Origin: Bugula neritina
Taxonomy: Eukaryota; Animalia; Bryozoa
Reading direction: 5' to 3'
NCBI GenBank assembly: GCA_964035545.1
Contig: OZ037765.1
Location: 4,846,698 to 4,910,697 of the forward strand
DNA: 64,000 nt
Shown: positions 1 through 13,000 of the stretch, in pieces
Layout: each line of letters opens with the position of its first letter
Numbering within the stretch: position 1 is the stretch's first letter
The notes under the pieces: generated by a model
Database searches by the model: none
Seen by the model: only the letters and a program-made list of their open reading frames with translations
Told to the model about the DNA's origin: nothing
Position numbers and translations under genes: made by a program

Positions 1-1004
1 GACTACAGCAATAAAGTTGTCTTTTCTTCTATAACAAAGATCCACTGCAAAAGCCAAGGTCTTCCTAAACAAAAAAAATTGGTCAACATCGGCATATCCA
101 GACTCAGAGTGAAGGTGCAAAGCTAGTTGATTTTATAGAAACATAAATAAGTATAATTTAATATAACTAATTAATATTAATGGGTATGGTGTTATTATTT
201 ATAATTGCTATATTTGTAGCATGGTCATAATATTTATATTATTTTAATTTTCAAGTATACCCATTGGCCATTGGCCATTAAACTTTAAGTTTAACTTAGT
301 TAGTATTTACTATTACTATTAGTATTACTACTACTATTACTATTAGTATTACTATTACTATTAGTATTAGTATTACTATTAATGTATTAGTAATAATAAT
401 TGTTGTATTTATAATTTATATAGTATACAATACGAGCGTGATTCTGAAACTGAATATCAATAATCAATATGAATATGCATGATCATGATTCTCAAAGTTG
501 ATAATAATTATATTGCTAATCAATATCATTATGATTATGGTAATCACTTTTTGATAAGGATTCAGATTGTCACTTATAGTATAAGTTATAGTTATACTTA
601 TAGTTATCCTTATACGTTATAGCTATACTTATACGTATAATTATACTTATACTTATAGTATAACTTATAGTAATATCATTACCATTATAATTATGATTAC
701 TTGTAATATGAAAAATAAATAGTTGAATAAGATTATAATTATAATTTGATCATCACAATTGTGAAGCTCAAACTGAATTTGAATGTAATTTTCAATATGA
801 TTATGATTAACCATTACTTTTGTAATTTTTCTTTTCTTATCTTTTTTCTTCTTGTTTGCAAAGTCAAAGTGCTGTTTGGGTGTACTTCTGATTTAATAAT
901 TTCTAGAACTGAAATAATCTTGACGGTATTAGCTTTTGTTTATGCTTTCCTTTTTTAAACAATGTTACTTAGCTGTAAAGAAGAACAATTTTGTAGTTTA
1001 CAGA

Positions 1005-4000
1005 ATGCCTACCAAGCGTAGGGCATCGACAAGCACGGATGATAGTGCCCCTATAGCCACCCGTAAAGCAAAAAAGCCTAAACCTGTTGACTACAATCAG
1101 GTAATGGTACAATTCGTGTCCAGTGTTGTTTATTACGGCTCTCTAAAACTCCAAGTTTCAATATTTTCTTTTGTGATGAAAATTTTAATATTTAATATTT
1201 GGAACTTAATGCTATATAATAAATTGATAATATAATTCATTGTATATATGCCTTGTCATCAAAGCTCTGTGGTATTATAAATTTATCTACTAATTTTAGG
1301 CAGCCATATGTCAAGAGTTGTTTGATAAAATACGAAATCATAAATTACCAGAAGGCAGACTTTTGTGTGAAACACTCATCAGAGCTCCTAAGCGAAGGTA
1401 ATACTTCAGGTTTGATTCATCAGACGCTTCTGGTGTTTTCTAGTCCCCACCTCACCTATCTCCACCCTGTCTTGCTCGGGTAACGGGTAGTATTTTCTAA
1501 TGTCTGAGGAGAATTTTTCTTTCAAATCTACTTATGGAAACAGTTTGCTCGTTTTTAAATAGATAGTTTTATTCTTATACCTACTGTCTTTACCAGCAAA
1601 TAGTGAGAAGTGAAAAATCACTTTGCACTAAGCTGGTGTTTCATTACGCCTGATGAATAACTATTTTAAATTTACTTATAGAAGCAATATGTTTTTATTA
1701 GCAAACAATATGAAGCAAAATACATGTTGCATTAAGCTTTATTTGGTAGGACAACTCCAGAGTACTATGAGACTATTAGTGATCCCATAGACCTCTTAAA
1801 AATTCAGCAGAAGTTGAAGACTGATGAGTATGAAGAGATCGAGCAACTGACAGAAGATGTTCAGCTCTTAGTGAGAAATGCCAAGGCTTACTATCAAGTG
1901 AGTTGATTTTATGACTGACTTGAGACCAAGTACCACTTGAGTCGGTGCTGATTAGACTTGGTTCTGATGGTCTGATGCTTGATCCACTAGACTTCTTTTT
2001 GCTGTAGTTTTGATTTCAGTTTTGACATAATAGTTTGCTAAGACTATTATAAGACTAATTCATAATTAATGTCATAGATAAAAGGATTAATATTATTGAT
2101 AATTAATATTTTCATAGATGAAATATTTAGCATAAAATTTGTGTGATATTTAATAAACAACTTTCTTTACCAGAAATCTGCTCAAGAGCACCAAGATGCC
2201 ATCAAACTCTGGGACTTATACCAGACGACCAAGTCAGAACTTATTGCTGCCGCATTTGGCGAGAGCTCAACAGCCGAGCCTCCAAAACCTATTGATCCAG
2301 TCATCCAAGCCAAGTGCCAGCAACTTCTGGATGCATTCAAGAAGTTGAAGAACGGCGACAGGTTGCTCTGTGAGGTTTTCATGACTCTTCCAGATAAAAA
2401 AGTAAGAGTTCTACTTCCACATTTGAGGTTTAAAGTTAAAAGGGGCTGTTTAATCTTTTCTGAAAGTAAAGATGAGTTTTTCAAATAATATTTCTGCAGA
2501 ATGCGACCCATCTATCTAACATTAAGTGTAGCTAGTTGGTATGCCATTCCCGGTTCATAGCCAGTGTCAAATTTGAAAATCCCAAGCAATAAAGTATTAG
2601 AAAATCAACCTAACTCGTGAGGAACAATATTTAAAAGAAATTTCTCAGATTCTGTTTAAAGCCTGTTTAAAAGCGTAGTATACTGTCTTCAAATATATTC
2701 TACATCTGCCCTGACTTGTAGAAAATAAAATGTTACTCGTATATTTGTACCAAGATTTGTTGTAAAGTAAGAAATATGTCACTTATCTACTTTTCAAAAC
2801 TGATTCAGCTTGTTTTGTTAACATTAGCTGTTATCTTCTCCATGATTACCATTAACTATAGACTATGGTCTATATAAATATCACAGTTAGTTAAGTTAGT
2901 TATTATTTTGGCCTTTTGGTGGGGTAAAAAAAAGTTGAGATAAAAATCTCCAAGTTGGTTGATGACTCATCATTGAACATGTTAGTGTGTGCCTACTGCG
3001 ACTTTCTGTGCAGTGAATACTTATTGAAATGTTTAGTATAATAATGGTTTGCCATTTGTTTGCTGAGGTTGCTGTTGATCTTATCAAGTTAGTGACTGTT
3101 TGTTTCAGGTCTTACCAGACTATTACCAAACCATAAAACACCCTATAGATCTAGACTCAATCAGTGAAAAACTGAGCACTAGCTCCTACGACTCGGTGGA
3201 CCTCCTCGAGCACGACTTGAATCTGATGTTGAAGAATGCAATGGAGTACAATGAGCCGGGCTCCACTATATACAAAGACGCTGAGACCCTTCAGCTAATG
3301 ATGCGCGCTGTGATGAGTGACATCATGCTGGCCAGTCCCAGTGTTGGCACCTCTAAAGCTGACAAGAAGTACATCTTACATCACTTTTATCCCTAAAATA
3401 CGCAGTTTTAAACATGTGTTTCCACAGTAAAGTACTGAGGCATTTATACTGATCAGCAAATCATTGCTTTGCCATCAAATTTACTGAAATATTATAATTG
3501 TGTTTCTACAAAGTAGACATGAATAAGAATTGTTCTTAAATTGACATAGTTTTTCTGTTAAAGGAAATGCATTGTAATACTTTTTGGTAGTTGTCTTCTT
3601 TTTAAGGGACAAGGCTGCAGTAAAAATAATGACTAAATAACTAATAACTAAATGAACATATTTAATGGAGCTAGAAAGTTGTTGAGGGGGGGGGGGTTAA
3701 ACCCTTGTACCCTTGCATCATTAGTATACACTTATGCTCTACATTACCTGGTCAACTCTAAATAGTAAGACCGAATAGCAAGCTTACTACTAGCTCACTC
3801 CACACTAAGTAATGTTTCCTTTAAAACTGTAGATATTATATAACATAATATATTGTTGTTCATAGCTGTCAATGGGAGGTGAGATATTTTCTCAGTAAAC
3901 ATATTTGACTCCCAGAATATATGGCTTTAGGAGTTATGGGTTGTTGATTTATCCCTAAAGTGAATGTAGCTCTGTTCACTTAGTAAAATATAGATTAAGT

Positions 4001-7000
4001 TTCACTGATGGTGTGGCATATGTAGATCTAGAAGAAGCTCTGTAATGGCCAGTGCTGCCGCTGCCGACCCCATGGAGGAGGAAACAGACACCGATGGGGA
4101 TGACATAGATGAAGACAATAGTATGCTGTCTATGGGGGATGATGATGTCACGGCCGGCAATCCCTATTGGCTCTTGTTCAAGGCTATCGCTACCTTTACT
4201 GATGAGAATGGCAAATCTATAGCTAAGCCTTTCCTCAAGCTGCCAAACAAGCGGTGAGTGTTCCTGACATGCTGACCTCTGTAGCTGACTATACAATGCA
4301 GTGCACTCTCAATATATACTATACATACTATACATACTATACTATACTGTACTATACAGTCTCAATACATGCTATACATACTATACTATACTGTACTATA
4401 CAGTCTCTATACATGCTATACAGTCTCTATACTGTACTATACAGTCTATATACATACTATACATACTGTACTATACAGTCTCTATACATACTATACAGTC
4501 TCTATACTGTACTATACAGTCTATATACATACTATACATACTATACTATACTGTACTATACAGTCTCTATACATACTATACAGTCTCTATACTGTACTAT
4601 ACAGTCTATATACATACTATACATACTATACTATACTGTACTATACAGTCTCTATACATACTATACAGTCTCTATACATACTATACTATACTGTACTATG
4701 CAGTCTCTATACATACTATACAGTCTCTATACTGTACTATACAGTCTCTATACATACTATACAGTCTCTATACATACTATAATGTAGTTGGTTTCCCGAC
4801 TACTACGAAGATATTGCTAACCCCATCTCCATGACTCAAATCAAACAGAGGATCAAGAAGAAGAAATACAATTCTCTCAATGAAATGGCCGCAGATCTGA
4901 ATCTCATGTTTGAGAATGCTAAAGAGTATAATGCAGATGAGTCAAAGATATTCCAGGTATATATGACATTATCACGTATAACAGTGCTCCCTCCGTATCT
5001 CACTAAGCTGCAGTGCTCCCTCCGTATCTCACGTATTACAGTGCTCCCTCTGTATCTCACTAAGCTGCCTCAATTCATGACACAGTAGAATACCAGATTT
5101 AACCAGCGGATCCGTTACATTTGGCCATTTTGTCCTTATACACACACATACATAAGCCACAAAATAGGGGCCCAAACCCTTCTCGTGACCTATGGAATGT
5201 CATGAGAAATGGAACTAAGAAATACGGAGGGGCACTGTATAATATATTACTCTATTTATTATAATGCAGTATTTTAGATTTCTCAGTGAGATAAATTGCT
5301 GTATTACAATATATATTATTGTAAGATATTACCATGTTGAGTATGTAGTGCTCCAAAGTCACCATAACTGAAACCTTCCAATGGTTATATTTACAGAGTT
5401 TTAATATTTATAATTATATATTTTACTGCTTTGAAAATTAAATTATATTATGCGACTCATTTTTTATTGTTGATGCAAATTTCTAGTTGGTATTGTAAGT
5501 GTACTTTAAATGCACGTACTGTGTGGCAAGTCTTCATGTTGACAAGTGTCTGCAAGTGTCTCATGTCGACAAGTGTGTGCAGGTGTTCCTGTGATGTATA
5601 TTGTACGTAATATTTCCCAGAATGCCATAGAGATGCAATCAGTCATGTGGAAAAAGAAGAAACAAATTGAAGAGACGATGACGGTACGTGTGAGTAAGAA
5701 TAGAGATGGACAAGATGCTGGTTTGTCACAGCTGGGAGATTTTATTGGGGCATCAATTTAGCCATAACTGACCTCCTGTGTTTGTTTATATGTAGTGTGA
5801 TAAATTTTTTAATTTTGATTTTACATCTAACCATCTCCTGGTTATACTTTTTGGTAACATACTTAAAGTGAAGCTCAAGTTAAATTTGAAAAAAATTATT
5901 TTCTGTAAAGGGACAAACAATTTTTTTTGTAAATTGTAATTTATATGAATGTTTTAGTCTGAGAATGACGATCTGCAGGCGAATTTGTCGTGCAATTTAA
6001 ACATGGTAAACATGTGTGCTGTTTCACACTGCATCCTCCCTCTCTTTCAGTTTGATGAGTGATTCCCCTACTAGAGTGCTTAGACTCTATCAGCTGGTCT
6101 CTACTTGAATCATTTCTGTTGCCCAGTCTTTTCTGCATTTAGAATTTAGCAGTTTCCATACTTAAAACAATTTTCCATACGAAGCAGTCTACAGCTGCGA
6201 GATTCTACTTTCATTATTGCCTCAAGTAGCCCTAGTATAGCTCTTTAGTGAGGAGACAACTCTATAAATTACTACATAGTGTACATTTCAAATCTCAATA
6301 AATATGGCCATGTTCTTCTCACTATGAACTTTGTGTATGCCTGAACTCTACCTGTCTCTGTTTCATTATCATGTTTGCTGCCACCTGGAAATCTTATATC
6401 AGTAGATCTTTTTCACCAGATCCAACCTGCACGATGTTCTGTAAATATATAATACGGTAGAAATGTTTGAAAACTGTAGTATTGCGTGTTTTTTAAGCGT
6501 TGCAAGAGCCTCCCCTCCTTCATATCATGAAATTGAAATTCCTAGCACCTTTATGTTGGACAAGTTCAGTGGTGATAATTTATAAAAGTCTACATTCTGT
6601 GTGACGGAAGACCTTCAAGTCTTGTATTATATTTCATCTCATTACTTTATATACTCAACTACATTTAATATTTTTTAGACTGAAGGTATTGATATTACTG
6701 CATCGACCCCCAAAGTTGCTGCCAATAGACGGTCTGGTAAAGCTAAGGGAGGTCGGAGTGGGAAAACTTCAGGTTAGTTGGTGTTTGCATCTGCTACCCA
6801 GTGTTGTGTGTAAAGAAACATTAGCCTAGTCTCGGCTCCTGCAGCCCACTGTATGGGTGATATTTGTTTAAAATTGTCCCTGAGCTACACAATTCTTATT
6901 GTATATATGACAGGTGATGTAGCAGGGGAAGATAACACCATAGCCTCAGGGCTATCTTCATCTCCTTCTCGTCGGGCTAAAGGTGGGAAGGCGAGGGGAA

Positions 7001-10000
7001 GGGTATTTCCTACAGACCCCTCGGAGCTGTCTTTAAAGAACAGACTACTGGCTATCTTCAATGTAGTTTATGACTGTGAGGTGAGATAGATAGTTGTAAA
7101 TTCGTTTATTTAACGGTTTTGGTATTCTTTTAATGTTACAACTGGCAGATATATTATTTACATTTGGGTGGTTTTTATGTCAAATAATTAGTGAGCTAGA
7201 TTTAATTTAATTTTAATTTTATATTCAGTCACTTGAAAAAAGTTTCATTTTTGTGTTTCTCAGGATAAAGATGGCCGCTCTTTGATTGGTCCGTTCATAG
7301 AACTTCCTTCTAAGAGTGACTACCCTGATTACTACGACTACATCACGGAGCCTATAGACATGACTATGATTGAGAATAAGATCACAGCTGACAGGGTTGG
7401 TAATACAAACATTCTGTCTTTATCTTGTTGTATATGGATTCTATTCAGCCCTGTATCTGTACATCTCATGTGGAGTCACATTGTACTGTTTTGTGTCTGT
7501 TCTAGCGTCGCAAGGGATCCAGCAAGATCAGGGTAGTGATTCTGTTATTATTTGGTTTAAAGAGTTATTTGTTTCCTTTCTATTTTGATGACTTCTGCTG
7601 TATCAGCTCTCTCTCTGTGAACGTCTGCATGCTGAGTAGGGTAACGGAGCCAGTCTTGGTCTCGCTCTGCTGATGTCTTGTTTTGTTTATCTGTCAAACT
7701 AGTGGATCACTTGACGGCAGCAGTGGTCATATCATTAGGAGTTTTGACTCACCATTCGACTCATATTGTGTTAGGCTATTAGACAGAGCTATTGGTGATG
7801 TTCAAGAAGGCATCTGGTCACAATTGCTCATGTCAGACATGTTGCGAGCATGCTTTGAGGTGCAGTTCCTAGTCCAATTAAACCGGGGGTTGTGTCTACA
7901 AATAAATTTCAGTTCTTATTGAACCACATAGTATCAGGTTTCTTGGCAACACACCAGATAATGTCAGATGATTTCAGACCACCTGGTGGTACCTGATCAC
8001 ATGATCGCGTGGTCACATAATATTAGACCACCTGATCACATGATATTAGACCACCACCACCACCTCATTTCAATTTACCTAAACTGCTTACCTTTATTAT
8101 AAAGTAAAAACAATAATGACAGTAACAAGGTTATCTCCTGTCTCAGTTTCACAGATGTGAAGTTTTGGGTATTCATGGGTACTTGGTTCAAGCATCACTT
8201 ATTTGTCTGTTTTTATTCAATATAACAACATTTCAGCCTCTTTACAACAACATTTATAATCTTAATATTTTCTATGTTGATATTTGAATGTTTGAATATA
8301 TATTTGGGCCTTTAAAGTGTTACAACAGTTGTAATAAATACTAGCAGCTTTTCTTTTAATTACTAGACTCTGAGCCATAGACTTTGTTTTATGTATATGC
8401 AGTATAATAGTGAAAAGGAGCTAATGATGGACTTGAAGCTAATGTTTAACAATGCTAGACAGTACAATGAAGATGGCTCACAGATATATAATGATGCCAA
8501 CACACTGGAGAAAGCTATGAAGAAGAAGGTTATGGAACTGAGTATTGCTGACACTCCCATAGAACCTTTTAGTAAGAGGTTTGTACTTTCCATTCCCTTC
8601 ATTGATTAACACTCCTGTATTTCCTTGTACGTGATTGGCTGTAGCCTTCTGACAAACTGTTTTATTGTGAATATTCCGTACCATTGAGTGACTGTGAAGT
8701 GTTATTGGATATCTTTTGCAGCTAGTTTACAATAAATAGACAACTATTATTAGATGAATTGTTGGAATATTTTTGATAGTTGTCTTCTTCTTAAGGGACA
8801 AGGCTGTAGTAAAAATAATATTTAAAATAACTAAATGAACATATTTAATGGAGCTAGAAAGTTGTTTTGTGTAACATAAACAACAATAATTGAGCAATTT
8901 ATCTAACATACTCTTACATGGTGATTGAAAACTTCGTGCCTCATCAACTATGTGTTTCATTAGGCTAAGAAGATATTGTGTTTGTAATTATAACTATTTT
9001 ATCTCTAAAAATAAAGACTACTCAAATAAATTTTCAAAACTGAAAGTCGTTTATCTGCTACTACTCATTACTTTATGTCAGATTTATGTGAAGCTATTAG
9101 TTTTGTTGTGTTGAGAAATATTGAATAAACATAAACAGAGGTAGTTTCTTTGTTGCAGAACATTCGCGACAGTCAATTCTAGTCTGAATGAGAAGCTCAA
9201 TGATCTCTACGAGACAATCAAAGTGTTCAAGGATCAGCACAGCAGAGTTCTGTCCACACCGTTTGTCAAACTTCCCACTAAGCAGGTCAGCAGCATTACT
9301 AAGAGTCGTATATGACGTATCTGTCTAGATGTTGTAGCTCAGCGGCTTTGATTAATTAATTTGAAAATGTTTTGAAGTTTGTTAGACTGGTGTTTGTTTG
9401 GTAAAATTTAAAGTCAAGACTATAGATCAGTGGTTTTAATCGATTAATTTGTTGATTAAAAAAAAATTTTCTCGAAATTTGCTAAAAACATTTTGTTTGG
9501 TAAAGTGAAAGTTAAGATTATCTAAATATTGTTACTGGCAGACTTGTGTCCGGGTGTTTACAGGAGTATGCCGAGTATTATGAAGTAATTAAGAAACCGA
9601 TGGATATGAACAAGATTTACCAGAAGATACAGTCCAGTAGTTATGATTCGTTGGAGTCTCTTCTGCTAGACATTACTCTCATGTTTGACAATGCTATGAT
9701 ATTCAATGAGCCCGAGTCCATTCTCTACAAGGTAATGCTATTACAGTGTACTTGGTGTAACTTGAGGTGTACTTGTGTGACTTGAGGTGTACTTGTGTTA
9801 TTGGATGTGTACTTGGTGTGACTTGAGGTGTACTTGTGTTACTAGATGTGTACTTGGCGTGACTTGAGATGTACTTGTGTGACTTGAGGTGTACTTGTGT
9901 TACTAGATGTGTACTTGCGTGACTTGAGGTGTACTTGTGTTACTTGAGATGTACTTGTGTTTGTAGGACGCTGCAGTGCTCCTCAATGAGTTCCTCAAGC

Positions 10001-13000
10001 GATACGACTGTCTGGACGACCAATCACAGTACGGTATACCAGACGTAACGACTCAGGTGCAGAAGATGTTGAGCTCTCTCTACAATACAACCATAAATCA
10101 TACGGTAAGAGATCATTGTCACCTGATTACATCATCAGATCACGTTGACCAATCACACGCAGACTTTGGGTGCTTGGAAATAATTCGGAAAAATTACTAT
10201 TTATATTAATATACTGTCACTTATACCAAGAGCTGGTTATTCTAACCACTGGAAATACTGTATTTATGTGTAGCACAGATTCAACACAAGTGCCATATGC
10301 TGAGTTTGTTGAATTTAAATGTGCTATAGTTTTACTGTTGGCTCTGAGATATACTCTGTTGTTGCTCCTATTAGAACATCATAAGGTCTAGAGTCTAGAT
10401 GTATGTTTAATTGACAGGATGAAGATGGAAGGTTTTACGTGGATTCAATTAATGAGTTGGATAGCCCAGCCAGCAGGTATGTGATCGGTTTCTAGTTATT
10501 GTAGATTATTCAGCAGAAGTAGTACTATTTGTAATACTGTGCTATTCGTAATACTGTACTATTAGTAATAATGTACTATTAGTAATACTGTGCTATTAGT
10601 AATACTGTACTATTAGTAATACTGTGCTATTAGTAATACTGTACTATTAGTAATACTGTGCTATTAGTAATACTGTACTATTAGTAATACTGTGCTATTA
10701 GTAATACTGTACTATTAGTAATACTGTGCTATTAGTAATACTGTACTATTAGTAATACTGTGCTATTAGTAATACTGTACTGTTAGTAATACTGTGCTAT
10801 TAGTAATACTGTGCTATTAGTAATACTGTACTGTTAGTAATACTGTGCTATTAGTAATACTGTGCTATTAGTAATACTGTACTGTTAGTAATACTGTGCT
10901 ATTAGTAATAATGTACTCTTAGTAATACTATGCTATTAGTAATACTGTACTGTTAGTAATACTGTGCTATTAGTAATACTGTACTGTTAGTAATACTGTG
11001 CTATTCGTAATACTGTACTATTAGTAATACTGTGCTATTAGTAATACTGTACTATTAGTAATACTGTGCTATTAGTAATACTGTACTATTAGTAATACTG
11101 TGCTATTAGTAATACTGTACTATTAGTAATACTGTGCTATTAGTAATACTGTACTGTTAGTAATACTGTGCTATTAGTAATACTGTGCTATTAGTAATAC
11201 TGTACTGTTAGTAATACTGTGCTATTAGTAATACTGTGCTATTAGTAATACTGTGCTACTAGTTATACTATGCTATTACTGCATCACTGCATGCAGCTAC
11301 AAATGTCATGAAGGTTATTTAAAAAGCATTTATCAATGTAACAGTAAATTTGTATGTTGCAACTATACTTAAGCAAGTGCGATGTCAGGTAGAGAGTGCT
11401 TTCAAGAGTTATATATAAATATAACTCTTATAAATATATAAATATTACTCAGTGTACAAATAATATCTGTTGAGTGCGACTTGCATAATATTTATCACAC
11501 GTAGTATTCTTGGTAGTTTTAGCCATTTATTAAGTGAAAAGACAACTCCCATGCTCTTTGAAATCAAATTGTTATCTGAAATTAGATATTTTGTATTTTA
11601 TTCCCTATCCTTGGCCAATAGCATGCTTTCTATTTTGTTTGCAGCTCATCTTTCATGGCTATTGGCCAGAACTTGAAGTACAAAAGATATAGAAGACTGG
11701 ATATTTTTCAAGATGACATGTTTGCCGTTTGTGAAAATGTGAGGAAAATATCGCGATCGGATTCACAGGTGGGCCTCTTTGTTTGTGTTCTAGCTAGATC
11801 ATATTCTTATTGCTATTCTTGTATTTTCTATTATCTTTTGTTGTATTCTAGCGTATGCTCTTTTATTGTGTTATATTCTTTTTTCTGTTATTATTTTTTT
11901 TATTTTCTTTTATGGTATTCTCTTTTGTTCTACTGGATTTTCTTCTGTATTTTATGTCCTCCTTTCTACTATGTTTTGTTTTCTTTTGTTTTATTCTTTT
12001 TTAATATCTTATATTTTTTATTATATTTTCTTTTCTAATATTCTTTTCTGTTTTCTTTTATTCTATTTCTTTCTATCATCTTCTATTCTTTTCTGTTTTG
12101 TAATTCATCATACTTTCTCAGTAATTAAGTTTGATTTTTGACCCACCACGGCTGTGCTGCGTAAAACTATAGTCTCTTCTGAAACATTTCAGGCCTTTGA
12201 GGACTCTGTTGAGATTCAGAAGATCTTCATTGCGGCTCGTGATGACATGTGTAGAAATGGCGAAGGCTCGGGCTTCTCATCGCCTGCTCTCGCGTACAGT
12301 CTCAGACGTCTTACTAAATCTATTGAAGAGATCACTGCTGAGAAAAGCAAGAGTGAAACTAGTGACAACTTTGACGACCCTTCAAAGCGCAAGGTGCGAG
12401 TTTCTGTTTATAATAATATCTCATATGTCTTGACACCTCATTCTATGAGATCTTTAACCAGTGTCTATTTCTAATAGAAATATGTTTTAATTGAATAACA
12501 GAAAATAGATATGAATATTCATATAGTCCCAGTATTAATGAGTATTTAGAAACTGTAAGAAGCTCTATACTATAACACTCTGTTCTTTTAACTCTAAGCA
12601 TTGCAGTTTTCTCCACATAACGACTTTCTACTCATAATTAGCTTGTTCTCCCTACTGCAAGTACAAAGTAGCATCTCTCAGAATATTTTTGCTGTCGGTG
12701 TTTATGTAGCTATAGTTTGCTGTCTCTGTTTATGTAGCTATAGTTTGCTGTCTCTGTTTATGCAGCTATAGTTTGCTGTCTCTGTTTATGTAGCTATAGT
12801 AAGCTGACTCTGTTTATGTAGCTATAGTTTGTTGACTCTGTTTATGCAGCTATAGTTTGCTGACTCTGTTTATGTAGCTATAGTAAGCTGACTCTGTCTA
12901 TGTAGCTATAGTTTGCTGTCTCTGTTTATGCAGGTGCCCGATAGGTATGAGGCGCAAGAGTTGATAGAGAAGGATGGGCAGAAGTATGAAGTTGGTGACT

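Noticed and set aside
4254-4834. Long Tyr/Ile/Thr-rich ORFs (also 11866-12141, 35631-35864, 57136-57412, 58245-58540, 30292-30639)
   Set aside because: They are translations of intronic minisatellites or low-complexity tracts that lack stops by composition.
7585-7675. Possible C/D-box snoRNA (TGATGA...CTGA) in a PBRM1 intron
   Set aside because: No terminal stem and no rRNA/snRNA complement that I could recognise; it would need an Infernal/snoscan hit.
10521-11277. CRISPR-like array
   Set aside because: Contiguous 17-bp units with no unique spacers, in a eukaryotic intron; an ordinary minisatellite.
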